Assembly (NCBI GenBank): GCA_030586555.1
Contig: JAURAC010000047.1
Span: forward strand, 1 to 16,713
Direction of reading: 5' to 3'
Source of the DNA: Candidatus Subterrananammoxibius californiae
GTDB taxonomy: Bacteria; Planctomycetota; Brocadiia; Brocadiales; Subterrananammoxibiaceae
Length of the DNA stretch: 16,713 bases
The notes below the pieces were generated by a model, which was not told where the DNA came from, searched no databases, and saw nothing but the letters and a program-made list of their open reading frames with translations. Positions 1 to 8,748 of the stretch are shown in pieces (position 1 is the first letter of the stretch; each line of letters begins with the position of its first letter). A program made the position numbers and the translations under genes.

Positions 1-1
1 T

Positions 2-598
2 CTTGGATTCATACTCAGCAAATCAATATTTTTCTGTATATTTCTTGCAAGTCTTTTCGGCATCTTCTACCGTTTAGAAATAATTCCAAAGAGCTTATCT
101 AGTATTATGCGTTATAGAAGTCTTGAACAAATACCAGGCTCAAAAGAAATCTTTTACAGCATTGCCTGGGCTGTAAGCACGGTATTGATACCTTTTCTTG
201 GAACTACTAAAAAATTTATACCATCACTTGCAATTGCGATTGCATTTGTATTCAGTCTGTCATTTATCAGGGCTGTAGTTCTTGATATAAGGGACATTCA
301 AGGAGATCGCATTCTTGGAAAAGAAACTATTCCAATAGCCATTGGAAAGGAAAAAACAAAAAAATTACTTTTCTTCATTACTGTCTCGATTGCAATATTG
401 TTATCAGTAAGCACACTTCTGGGATGGACTACAACTCTTGGTTACTACTTACTACCATGTATTGCATATGCCGGCGCTTATCAATATATGTTTCAGAAAC
501 GCATCGTATCTGAAGGTTTATTACTTGAAACTATAGCGGATTTCAACTTTATACTAGCTGGAATTATTGCATTTTTCTGGCAAACAAATATCTTTTAA
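2..598 (+). CDS. UbiA prenyltransferase-like membrane protein, C-terminal part (5'-truncated by the window)
   Basis: The frame is open from base 2 (LGFILSKSIFF...), so the ATG at 107 is probably internal. It has multiple hydrophobic helices and the Asp-rich motif DIRDIQGDRILGKETIP typical of the UbiA family. Confidence 0.75.
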   Translation, partial: LGFILSKSIFFCIFLASLFGIFYRLEIIPKSLSSIMRYRSLEQIPGSKEIFYSIAWAVSTVLIPFLGTTKKFIPSLAIAIAFVFSLSFIRAVVLDIRDIQGDRILGKETIPIAIGKEKTKKLLFFITVSIAILLSVSTLLGWTTTLGYYLLPCIAYAGAYQYMFQKRIVSEGLLLETIADFNFILAGIIAFFWQTNIF

Positions 599-607
599 TG
601 TAAAAAC

Positions 608-1297
608 ATGGAAGAAAAAAAACACGGTGTATTTAGCCAATTGAAAAAAGACGTCAGGAAAAGATTAATAACGGGTTTATTATTAATTCTACCCGTATAT
701 GTTACCTTCTTTGTAGTAAAATTCCTTTTCGGCTTTGTAGGAGGCACGCTCGCTCCAGTTATCAAGAAATTATTGCAATTTTTAGGTGTTGCCTTACCAA
801 AGACCACACTTGATGAATTCATTATAACATTTTTTGGGCTTATTCTTACGTTTATTGCTTTGTATTTCATTGGTATATTTGCGACAAATGTTGTCGGCAA
901 ATTTTTTATACATTACTTTGAAAACCTTTTAACAAAGACTCCAATCGTAAAAAGTATATATTCGTCGGTAAAGCAAATTATACATGCAATAAGCTTGCCA
1001 GGCAAGCAATCATTTAAACGCGTAGTCCTTGTTGATTTTCCACGTGAAGGTACAAAATCTATTGGATTCGTTACCGGTGATATAAATTATAATAATAAAG
1101 AAAGGTTGATATGCGTATTTATCCCGACCATACCAAATCCAACGACGGGATTTTTATTATATCTTCCTGAAACTGCGGTTACCGATACCAATCTGACGAT
1201 AGAAGAGGCATTTAAAACGCTTTTTTCTGCTGGTCTTTTGACACCAAAAGATTTATTTGCGTCACTTAAGACAGAACAAACTCAAGCTTCCAATTGA
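608..1297 (+). CDS. DUF502 family membrane protein
   Basis: Two N-terminal TM segments (LITGLLLILP...), plus TPIVKSIYSSVKQI, FKRVVLVDFPR and VFIPTIPNPTTGFL, which match the DUF502 signature. Confidence 0.9.
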   Translation: MEEKKHGVFSQLKKDVRKRLITGLLLILPVYVTFFVVKFLFGFVGGTLAPVIKKLLQFLGVALPKTTLDEFIITFFGLILTFIALYFIGIFATNVVGKFFIHYFENLLTKTPIVKSIYSSVKQIIHAISLPGKQSFKRVVLVDFPREGTKSIGFVTGDINYNNKERLICVFIPTIPNPTTGFLLYLPETAVTDTNLTIEEAFKTLFSAGLLTPKDLFASLKTEQTQASN

Positions 1298-1318
1298 TAC
1301 TGACGCTCATTTATTGCT

Positions 1319-1346
1319 TTTACATTTTATCTGAATGATATAAGAT
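1319..1346 (+). promoter_or_regulatory. Putative sigma70-type promoter of tRNA-Sec
   Basis: TTTACA (1319-1324), a 16-nt spacer and TAAGAT (1341-1346), overlapping an extended -10-like TGnTATAAG (1336-1344), just upstream of the tRNA. Confidence 0.35.
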
Positions 1347-1354
1347 ATCCCCTC

Positions 1355-1450
1355 GGGAGTGCATGTCGGCTGGTGTCGGCGACGGACTTCAAATCCGGTC
1401 TGTCCCGCTTTAGCGGGATAGGTGGGTTCGATTCCCACACGCTCCCGCCA
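1355..1450 (+). tRNA. selC: tRNA-Sec (anticodon UCA)
   Basis: Folded by hand. Acceptor GGGAGTG/CGCTCCC; 6-7 bp D-stem with 4-nt TGGT loop; anticodon loop CT-TCA-AA (TCA at 1389-1391); 9-bp variable arm (1400-1421); T-arm GTGGG-TTCGATT-CCCAC; G discriminator and encoded CCA; 96 nt. Confidence 0.97.
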
Positions 1451-1526
1451 AAACGCATTCTTACTAGAAAATAAATTACCAGTTCTTTGATGACACATCT
1501 ATTTCTTTTTCCTGCCCGCAATAAGT

Positions 1527-1594
1527 AGATAACGTTTGCGGCGGAAAAGAAGCCCAAAAGGGTTTGGACGTTAGTCTTTTGCAACGTGTTATGT
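1527..1594 (+). other. attC-like imperfect hairpin (isolated, degenerate)
   Basis: AGATAAC ... GTTATGT ends 68 bp apart, with internal complementary blocks AAAAGA/TCTTTT and CCAAA/TTTGG. The L boxes are not clean and no integrase is present. Confidence 0.3.
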
Positions 1595-1622
1595 GAAGTG
1601 GGACAGGCATTAATAAAAATAC
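1571..1622 (+). repeat. Left copy of an imperfect inverted repeat bounding the AAA-Hsp70-TPR block
   Basis: TTAGTcttTTGcAACgtGTTATGTgaagTGGGACAGGCAttaaTAAAAATAC aligns with the reverse complement of 15080-15130. Confidence 0.75.
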
Positions 1623-1696
1623 ACCTCATAGCTCTTTATTTTTTAATAAACATTAATTATCAAAAACCCAAGTCCCGACATACAACATGTTACCTC

Positions 1697-2422
1697 CTAG
1701 ACTGTTGGATTAAAAGGTTGATCATCAAAATGGTCAACGAATTTCTGATGGATCTTTTTTGCCTTCTTTAATCTCTCTTTATCAAAACCTTTTTGCTCAA
1801 GTTCTTTGAAAAGAATATCGATTGAGAAAAAAGCCCAGTGATTCCATTTAAGTCTAATTGACAAATCATTCAAAGCCCTCTCATCTTTTTCCTCGATGGC
1901 ATCCCCTGCAAATGTAAGAGCTAAACAACCATACCAAGACCTAACTAATTGATATTCTTTGGTCTGAATATATGGTTTGGAAGCGCCATAATGACCTATG
2001 GCATCTTCAAATTTAAGAAGACATAAGTCTATGTCTATTACCGCGAGCCGTGCTTCTTGACTTGTCGGTATTCGTTCTAAAGAAGCTTTATAATCTTGGA
2101 GTGCTTTCTCAAGCAGATTTTTCTTCTTCTCATTAGCAATTCCCTCAAAGTATGGCTTGTCATTGTAACAAGCTCCTCGTTCCCAATAAGTAACGCCATC
2201 ATCGGAATCTAATTTCAAAGCTTCATTAAAATTATCGATAGCCTTATCCATATTCCCCATCATTCTGTGACAGAAGGCACACCTTTTAAAATAGAATGGG
2301 TGCGGTTGAACATTTTCGATAATCTGGTTATAACATTTCAAAGATTGTTCAAAGTCTCTTGAATCAATATAAGCTTCTGCCTTTTCAAGCAGATTTTTTA
2401 TCTCTTGGTCAGACAATGGCAT
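1697..2422 (-). CDS. TPR protein, paralog 6 of the array (241 aa, shared core only)
   Basis: The start is better placed at ATG 2422 (MPLSDQEIK, as in the paralogs, with a GAGGT RBS at 2427-2431) than at 2428. It has TPR motifs, QPHPFY and the shared QLVRSWYGCLALTFAGD core, and lacks the C-terminal TPR run. Confidence 0.88.
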   Translation of the reverse strand: MPLSDQEIKNLLEKAEAYIDSRDFEQSLKCYNQIIENVQPHPFYFKRCAFCHRMMGNMDKAIDNFNEALKLDSDDGVTYWERGACYNDKPYFEGIANEKKKNLLEKALQDYKASLERIPTSQEARLAVIDIDLCLLKFEDAIGHYGASKPYIQTKEYQLVRSWYGCLALTFAGDAIEEKDERALNDLSIRLKWNHWAFFSIDILFKELEQKGFDKERLKKAKKIHQKFVDHFDDQPFNPTV

Positions 2423-2426
2423 TTTC

Positions 2427-2506
2427 ACCTCAGATTTATAATATCTTGTAGTTGATCTTACCCAACAATCCTCTTAAAATCCTCATCATCCCAGAGGGTT
2501 TTGAAG
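2427..2506. repeat. 80-bp gene-junction direct repeat, copy 1
   Basis: ACCTCAGATTTATAATATCTTGTAGTTGATCTTACCCAACAAT...GGTTTTGAAG; 78/80 identical to 4296-4375 and 76/80 to 5631-5710. Confidence 0.95.
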
Positions 2507-4290
2507 TTGCCTTCCTTTTGAGCTTTTTCTTTATACTTAGCGTCTAACTCTATTGCATTAGATAGACGCCAGGTCACATCTAATTTTTCTCCTTTCTGGG
2601 CAGATTCACAAGCCAATTTATAGAATTCCTCTGCACGCTCAGACCGTATCCTTCTTGCCTTGTTATAAACTTCATCTGCCTCTTCATAACGGTTAATCTT
2701 TTTAAGTAAATTATATTTCGAATCCCATGCTTCGCGGATATCACCTTGTTCTATTGCCTTATCATAGAGTTTAAGCGCTTCCTCATAACGGTTGAGTTTC
2801 TCAAGCAAAATACCTTGCCTAACCCTAAACGCGCTATAGGAAGTTAATCCTGATTTCAGCTCTTCAATTTTATTAAAGGCATTAAGTGCTTCCTCATAAC
2901 GCTCAATCATCTCAAGGAGATTAGCTTTTTCATACCATAATTCATTATCATGGAATCTATTCCCTATTTCTATTGCTCCATCATAAGCCTGTATTGCTTC
3001 TTCATAATGTTTGAGAAACTTATTAAGAATATCACCTTTCTTCTTATATATCCGATAAGCACAATCGGACTTTAGCTCTATTGCTCTGCTATAGGCATCA
3101 ACTGCTTCTTTATAACATCTGAGCCTTTTGAACATATCACCTCTATCCTCCCAATCATCAAGGTGTTCGATGAGCAGCTTATGTGTTTCGATTGCCTTTT
3201 CCCATTTTTCTTTGTATTCCTCTTTCTCTTGTATTTCATCTATAAAAGAATCAGAAATAATCCTTATCATCTCGGCAGTAGATTTGAGCCGAATCGTTTG
3301 GTCGTATAAAGGGTTTTTATCTTTTTCTTCAATTGTATCTCCTGCCAGTGCCAGAGCTGTGCAGCCAAGCCAAACCCTGATTAATTGGTCTTCATTAGTC
3401 TGAATAAATGGTCTGCAAGAGCCATAAATAACGATGGCATCATCCCAATTATGTAAAAGTATATTAAGTTCCATTAACTTTAACCATATTTTAGGATCTA
3501 TTGGGTTCTTTTCCACCGCGGTTTTATAATCTGCAATAACCTTTTCAAAAAAAGATTTCTTTTCAGTAGAAATCTTTTTATCGTCCTCATAAACCTTTTT
3601 AAGTAAAAGTTCTCCTCGATACCTATAATACTCCCCTCGATCGGGGTCCAGTTCTATAGCTCTATCCATATCTCCAATCGCCGTATCTAAACAAATTGGA
3701 GAGATAAGGACTGCATGCTTTATATAGTAATGAGGGTGGGGGGGTGTATTCTCAAGGAAAATAGATATCTCTTGATACTCCTGATCTAGAATATAAACTT
3801 TACCTTCGTCCTTAATCCACCATTTTCCTTCATCTCCTAGCCAATCCACTTCTTTTATTTTTTCAATTTTCGCCTTTTCTGATAAATGATGTTTATTTTC
3901 TTTAAAGAATTCCCTTAATTCAATTGAAATTGTACCATTACTCAATTCCCTTACAAATTTTTTCAAATCCTTTGAATATTTTTCTTTCGCTTCTATGCTA
4001 AAGATATACCTTGCAATAATAGCGAAATAACACCAGCAAGCAACAGCAACTTTAAAAGGGTCACTACCTGTCATATAATATTCTGCCGCTCTCTCGTAGG
4101 CATTACGTGCTCCCTCATAACGGTTAAGTCTACTTAGTACACCGCCTTTCTTTTCCCATGCCTTAGCATAGTCAGGCTTCTGTTCTATAATCTTCTCATA
4201 AACCTTAAGTGCCTCTTCATAATTGCCAAGTTTTGCATAAGCTTCTGCTTTTTCAAGCAGATGTTTTATCTCCTGCTCTGATAAGGGCAT
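2458..4290 (-). CDS. TPR protein, paralog 5 (610 aa, with ~80-aa inserted domain)
   Basis: MPLSEQEIKHLLEKAE start, many xxYEEALxxYxxAIE TPR motifs, the shared core, and a C-terminal capping module (YKLAC...LSNAIELD...FKTLWDDEDFKRIVG). Confidence 0.92.
   Translation of the reverse strand: MPLSEQEIKHLLEKAEAYAKLGNYEEALKVYEKIIEQKPDYAKAWEKKGGVLSRLNRYEGARNAYERAAEYYMTGSDPFKVAVACWCYFAIIARYIFSIEAKEKYSKDLKKFVRELSNGTISIELREFFKENKHHLSEKAKIEKIKEVDWLGDEGKWWIKDEGKVYILDQEYQEISIFLENTPPHPHYYIKHAVLISPICLDTAIGDMDRAIELDPDRGEYYRYRGELLLKKVYEDDKKISTEKKSFFEKVIADYKTAVEKNPIDPKIWLKLMELNILLHNWDDAIVIYGSCRPFIQTNEDQLIRVWLGCTALALAGDTIEEKDKNPLYDQTIRLKSTAEMIRIISDSFIDEIQEKEEYKEKWEKAIETHKLLIEHLDDWEDRGDMFKRLRCYKEAVDAYSRAIELKSDCAYRIYKKKGDILNKFLKHYEEAIQAYDGAIEIGNRFHDNELWYEKANLLEMIERYEEALNAFNKIEELKSGLTSYSAFRVRQGILLEKLNRYEEALKLYDKAIEQGDIREAWDSKYNLLKKINRYEEADEVYNKARRIRSERAEEFYKLACESAQKGEKLDVTWRLSNAIELDAKYKEKAQKEGNFKTLWDDEDFKRIVG
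3290..3547. repeat. 258-bp intragenic direct repeat, copy 1
   Basis: Identical to 9590-9847 except at 3492/9792 and 3500/9800 (offset 6300). Confidence 0.95.
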
Positions 4291-4295
4291 TTATT

Positions 4296-4375
4296 ACCTC
4301 AGATTTATAATATCTTGTAGTTGATCTTACCCAACAATTCTCTTAAAATCCTCATCAGCCCAGAGGGTTTTGAAG
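4296..4375. repeat. 80-bp gene-junction direct repeat, copy 2
   Basis: 78/80 identical to 2427-2506 and 76/80 to 5631-5710. Confidence 0.95.
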
Positions 4376-5625
4376 GCTTCACCCTTTTGAGCTTTTGCTT
4401 TATACTCAGAGTTTAACTCGATTGCCTTGGATAAATTTATAAGTATACTCTCTTTATCGTTTTTTAGCGAATATATACATGCCCTCGAATACCATGCCAC
4501 AGCAGCATCAGGGCTTAGTTCTATCACTTTGTCATAGGCTCGAAGTGCCTCTTCGTAACGACCAAGCTCTACAAGTTTCTGAGCAAAATCCAGTGCTATA
4601 GCATATTTTTTATCATCAGGGCTTATTAGCTCTATCGCTCTATCACAAGCCTTGAATGCCTCATCATAACGACTAAGTTCTGCTAAAACATCGCATTTAT
4701 TTATCCAAGCTTTAACACCATCAGGTTTTAAATCTATACTTTTCTCAAATGCCTTTAGTGCTTCCTTATAGCGTTTAAGCTTCTTAAGAGTATTACCTTT
4801 GTTAGTCCATTCAACAAAATCATCAGGATCTATTTCTAATGATTTCTCGTAAGCCTTAAGAGCATCTTCATAATGTTCGAGATAGTAGAGTAAATTTCCT
4901 TTGGAATTGTAAACAAGATGTTCAATGAATAGTAAGTGTATTTCCATCGCCTTTTTCCATTTTTCTTTGTAGCCTTCCTTTGACTGGATTATTTTCAGAA
5001 AGATATTGATTTTTAAAAAAAGGTCTTCATTTGAAAGGCTGATTGTCTGGTCATACAGAGGTTTTTTATCCTCTTCTTTGATAGGCTCGCCTTCAAGTGC
5101 AAACGATAAACAGCCAAGCCACGCTCTGATTAATTGGTCTTTATTAGTCTGAATGAATGGACGGCAAGACCCAGAATAACCAATGGCATCATCCCAATTA
5201 TGCAGGAGTATGTTAGTGCCAATTAGACCTAACCATACATCAGAGTTTGTTGGGTCTCTATTAATACAGGCATTGTAATCCGTCTTAATCCTCTCAAGGT
5301 AATTTTTGTCAGAAATATCTTTTAGTCCGCCCCACAGATATGCCCCGCGTGCCTTATAATATCCGCCCCTGTCCGGGTCCAGTTCTATTGCCTTGCTTAT
5401 ATCTTTAATCACGCTTTCCAGATCAAAAGGAGCGAAAGTTATGTGCCCAAGAATTATATGTTTAATCTCCGCTCGTTTTGCAAAGTAATGAGGGTGTGGC
5501 TGTGCGTTTTCAATGAGCTGGTCATAACACTTAAGGGCTTCTTCAAGAGATTGTAAATCCTTTTTATCTCTATACGCTTCTGCCTTTTCAAGCAGATGTT
5601 TTATCTCTTGGTCTGATAATGGCAT
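4327..5625 (-). CDS. TPR protein, paralog 4 (432 aa)
   Basis: MPLSDQEIKHLLEKAE start, QPHPHY, the shared core, tandem TPRs, and a WYSRACIYSL...DEDFKRIVG capping module. Confidence 0.92.
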   Translation of the reverse strand: MPLSDQEIKHLLEKAEAYRDKKDLQSLEEALKCYDQLIENAQPHPHYFAKRAEIKHIILGHITFAPFDLESVIKDISKAIELDPDRGGYYKARGAYLWGGLKDISDKNYLERIKTDYNACINRDPTNSDVWLGLIGTNILLHNWDDAIGYSGSCRPFIQTNKDQLIRAWLGCLSFALEGEPIKEEDKKPLYDQTISLSNEDLFLKINIFLKIIQSKEGYKEKWKKAMEIHLLFIEHLVYNSKGNLLYYLEHYEDALKAYEKSLEIDPDDFVEWTNKGNTLKKLKRYKEALKAFEKSIDLKPDGVKAWINKCDVLAELSRYDEAFKACDRAIELISPDDKKYAIALDFAQKLVELGRYEEALRAYDKVIELSPDAAVAWYSRACIYSLKNDKESILINLSKAIELNSEYKAKAQKGEAFKTLWADEDFKRIVG

Positions 5626-5630
5626 TTATA

Positions 5631-5710
5631 ACCTCAGATTTATAATACCTTGTAGTTGATCTTACCCAACAATTCTCTTAAAATCTTCATCGTCCCAGAG
5701 GGTTTTGAAG
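5631..5710. repeat. 80-bp gene-junction direct repeat, copy 3
   Basis: 76/80 identical to each of the other two copies. Confidence 0.95.
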
Positions 5711-6777
5711 TCGTCTTCTTTTTTGGCAGGCTCTTTATACTTAGTGTCTAACTCTATTGCCTTAGATAAATTTGCAAGTGCATTTTTTTTGTCATTTCTT
5801 AGCGAATACATACATGCCCTAAAATACCATGGCATAACATCACCAGGGTTTAGTTTATTGTGTTCTTCAAAAGCCTTAAGTGCTTCTTCATAACGGTTAA
5901 GCCCTACAAGTAAAAGACCCTTTTGACGCCATGCTATAACATTATGAGGATTTTCCTTTGTCGCCTTTTCAAAAGCTTGCAGTGCCTCTTGATCGCGCCC
6001 AAGTCCATGAAGTATAAAACCCTTGGAGATCAAATCTTGAACATGGTCGAAAAGTAATTGATTGATTTTATTAATTTCTTCCCACTGTGCCTTATAGCGC
6101 TCTTTCGTCGTAGATTCGTTCAAAAAAAAATAAAATATGTGTAGGATAGGCTTCTCTAACCCTAATTTAATTGTGTGGTCATGTGTATGGTCATATAAAG
6201 GCTGTTTGTCTGCTTCGTCAATTGGGTAGCCGGCAAATGTCATCGCCAGACAGCCAAGCCAGGACCTGAGCAATCGCTTATGTTCGTTCTCCATATATGG
6301 TTTGCATTCACCATAACGACCGATAACATAATCCCAACGTTCCAGAAGTACATTTGCCTCCATCAAGTGCAGCCATGCATCGGATTGGGTGGGATCTTTG
6401 TGGGTACAGGCATCAAAATCCTCTATGCTTTTTTCCAACAATTCCCTCTTCGAAATGTCTCCTTCAATCCCCCACTTATCTAACAAATATACTCCACGCT
6501 CTGCATAATATTTCCCCTCGTCGGGGCTTGATTCTATGGCCCTATCCATATCTTTAATAACGTCATCTAAACTATATTTGTGTGTAACGCTATTTACTAA
6601 GTGTTTAATACTGGCACGTTCCGCGAAGTAATGAGGATGGGGAGGGGCATTTTCAATAATCTCGTCGTAACATTTAACGGCTTTTTCAAAATATGAGAAG
6701 TCTTCCTTAAATGCAATTTCAATATAAGATTCTGCCTTATCCATCAAATATTTTATTTCCTTGCTTGAAAGGGGCAT
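5662..6777 (-). CDS. TPR protein, paralog 3 (371 aa)
   Basis: MPLSSKEIK start with GGAGGTGA RBS, PPHPHY, the shared core, about two TPRs, and a WYFRACMYSL...DDEDFKRIVG cap. Confidence 0.92.
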   Translation of the reverse strand: MPLSSKEIKYLMDKAESYIEIAFKEDFSYFEKAVKCYDEIIENAPPHPHYFAERASIKHLVNSVTHKYSLDDVIKDMDRAIESSPDEGKYYAERGVYLLDKWGIEGDISKRELLEKSIEDFDACTHKDPTQSDAWLHLMEANVLLERWDYVIGRYGECKPYMENEHKRLLRSWLGCLAMTFAGYPIDEADKQPLYDHTHDHTIKLGLEKPILHIFYFFLNESTTKERYKAQWEEINKINQLLFDHVQDLISKGFILHGLGRDQEALQAFEKATKENPHNVIAWRQKGLLLVGLNRYEEALKAFEEHNKLNPGDVMPWYFRACMYSLRNDKKNALANLSKAIELDTKYKEPAKKEDDFKTLWDDEDFKRIVG

Positions 6778-6866
6778 ATTTCACCTCCAAATCAGTCTAT
6801 AATGAACAGGCTGCTTTTCATGTGTTGTAAGATAATTTTCATCACAAATTCCTTCCAATTTGATCT

Positions 6867-8714
6867 TCACATAACAATCCTTTTGAAATCCTCATCATCC
6901 CAAAAAATCTTAAAGGCTTCGTCTTTCTGAGCTTTGTCTTTATAGTCAGCGTTTATTTTTATTACGTTGGATAACTCTTCGAGGACATCGGCTTTATTGC
7001 CCCGTATAGAATGTATGCAAGCCTTTTTGTACCCTGCTTCGGCAATATCAGCTATATAATCCCTATGCTTACCAACACAGGCATTAATTGCCTGATCATA
7101 AGCCTCAAGCGCTTCTTCGTATCGTTCAAGCTTCTCCAACAGGGGACCTTCACGGTAGATCCTTATTTCGTGACGATTTCCCCACAGCACAATCAATTTG
7201 TACAATGTCTCAAGGCTTTCTTCATAACGGTTGAGATCTTCGCATAGATGTGTCTTGGCTATACATGCGCTATCAAAAAAAGAACTGAATATGAAGCGAT
7301 AAGGCCTGCTATTAATTGATTTATCGTATGCGTAAATCGCCTCATCATAACGATTTAGACTTTCTAATATTGTGGCCTTTTCATACCATGCTTCAATGAA
7401 ATTCTTGTTCAGTGCTACTGCTTTGTCATAGGCATCAATGGCCTCTTCATATCGTTTAAGGCGATCGTACATGCGACCTCTGTTATGCCATCCTACGGCG
7501 GCCAGATATATATCCCCGGCACTTAATGTGACTGCCCTGCTGTACGCCTCCAACGCTTCTTCATAACGTTCAAGCTCCTCGAGTATGCCTCCTTGATTGT
7601 GCCACGCTGCTGAGGCTAACGCAGAATTGGCATGCACTTTTACACTTTCATTTAGCTCTATTGCCTCTTCATAACGCTCGAGGTAATTGAGTAGAATACC
7701 CTTTATGTACCGTGTTCCGGCATCGTCTGGGTTCAGTTGTAATATCTTATCATATTTCTCAAAAATGTTTGTAAACCCGTCGTCATGCTTAACAACGGGC
7801 TGAGCATGCGTCTTTTCATAGCCCCACGAAAGGCCTCTTGTCACTTTGTGAAGCTTATATGACATGTCGCCCTGAACTATCGAATAGATCAATTCCATAT
7901 CATCTATGGGTCTTAGTTCAATTGATTTGTTGTAGTCGTTTGCTGACGTTTTGGGGTGTATGCTACCTGTCCGACAAAAACCATTACCAAATAACCATTG
8001 GACTTCCCTTACATTCCTCGAGACTCCCTTAAAAAGCTTTCCTTTGTGCAATGTGGCTACGAAGGCACTTATCTTTACAAAGCGAAGCAATAATCTCTTT
8101 GCATCTATTTCTTTCCATCCCAATCTTTGTCTGAAAGGTTCTGTTTCCTCTTTTTCAATAGGGTCGCCTGCTAATGCCAGCGCCAAACAACCAAGCCAAG
8201 ACCTGACCAATTTGTCCTCATTGGTCTTTATAAACTGTTCGCAATCCCCATAAAATCCAATGGCCTTGTCATAATCATGCGATAGTATGCTCACCTCTAT
8301 TAAATCCAGCCACAACTGCGGGTCTGTAGGATTTCTTTCTTTACAGGCACGGTAATCGCGGTTGATTCTTTCCAATAAAACCTTGCGGTCCGAATCGGCA
8401 ACATACCTTTCCTCGGTCAGTTTCAGCATTAAATATTCTCCGCGCAGGCGATAATACTCTCCCTTGCCGGGCTCCAGTTCTATAGCTCTATCCATATCTT
8501 CAATTGCGCCATCCAAATCATAGAAGGTTGATGCAAAAACCAAGGAATACTTTACTTTTGCGCGTTTGAAATAGTAATGCGGATGTGGAGTGGTATTGTC
8601 GATAATCTTGTTGTAACACTTGAGAGCTTGTTCAAGTTCTGGCAAACCTGAAGCTTTCTCATAGGATTCTGCTTTTTCGAGCAGAGATTTGATTTCCTGG
8701 TCCGATAAAGGCAT
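6867..8714 (-). CDS. TPR protein, paralog 2 (615 aa)
   Basis: MPLSDQEIKSLLEKAE start, TPHPHY, the shared core, a unique middle region, a long TPR run and a capping module ending DDEDFKRIVM. Confidence 0.92.
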   Translation of the reverse strand: MPLSDQEIKSLLEKAESYEKASGLPELEQALKCYNKIIDNTTPHPHYYFKRAKVKYSLVFASTFYDLDGAIEDMDRAIELEPGKGEYYRLRGEYLMLKLTEERYVADSDRKVLLERINRDYRACKERNPTDPQLWLDLIEVSILSHDYDKAIGFYGDCEQFIKTNEDKLVRSWLGCLALALAGDPIEKEETEPFRQRLGWKEIDAKRLLLRFVKISAFVATLHKGKLFKGVSRNVREVQWLFGNGFCRTGSIHPKTSANDYNKSIELRPIDDMELIYSIVQGDMSYKLHKVTRGLSWGYEKTHAQPVVKHDDGFTNIFEKYDKILQLNPDDAGTRYIKGILLNYLERYEEAIELNESVKVHANSALASAAWHNQGGILEELERYEEALEAYSRAVTLSAGDIYLAAVGWHNRGRMYDRLKRYEEAIDAYDKAVALNKNFIEAWYEKATILESLNRYDEAIYAYDKSINSRPYRFIFSSFFDSACIAKTHLCEDLNRYEESLETLYKLIVLWGNRHEIRIYREGPLLEKLERYEEALEAYDQAINACVGKHRDYIADIAEAGYKKACIHSIRGNKADVLEELSNVIKINADYKDKAQKDEAFKIFWDDEDFKRIVM

Positions 8715-8748
8715 TTATATAATCCTTCCAATTCGTCTTGATAGTATG

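Noticed and set aside
1307..1771. Short ORFs 1307..1498, 1327..1629 and 1586..1771
   Set aside because: They are antisense to the tRNA or overlap the boundary repeat and the TPR gene end, and have no recognisable protein features.
2437..2442. TATAAT in each junction repeat as an antisense promoter
   Set aside because: There is no plausible -35 or extended -10 element, and the context is AT-rich.
2427..5710. Junction repeats as a CRISPR array or integron attC array
   Set aside because: The spacers are whole genes of 1.3-1.9 kb, the repeats overlap coding sequence and lack a long palindrome, and no cas or intI gene is present. The GTTRRRY-like matches at gene ends are explained by the conserved Ile-Val codons.
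6122..6130. A9 homopolymer (also G7 near 3739-3745) as a phase-variation tract
   Set aside because: The reading frames are intact and such runs are expected in AT-rich DNA. No evidence is available without reads.
6865..6875. GTTATGTGAAG on the minus strand, identical to 1588-1598
   Set aside because: It coincides with the Val-Met-stop codons of a TPR gene and lacks the rest of the boundary motif. An 11-nt match is compatible with chance.
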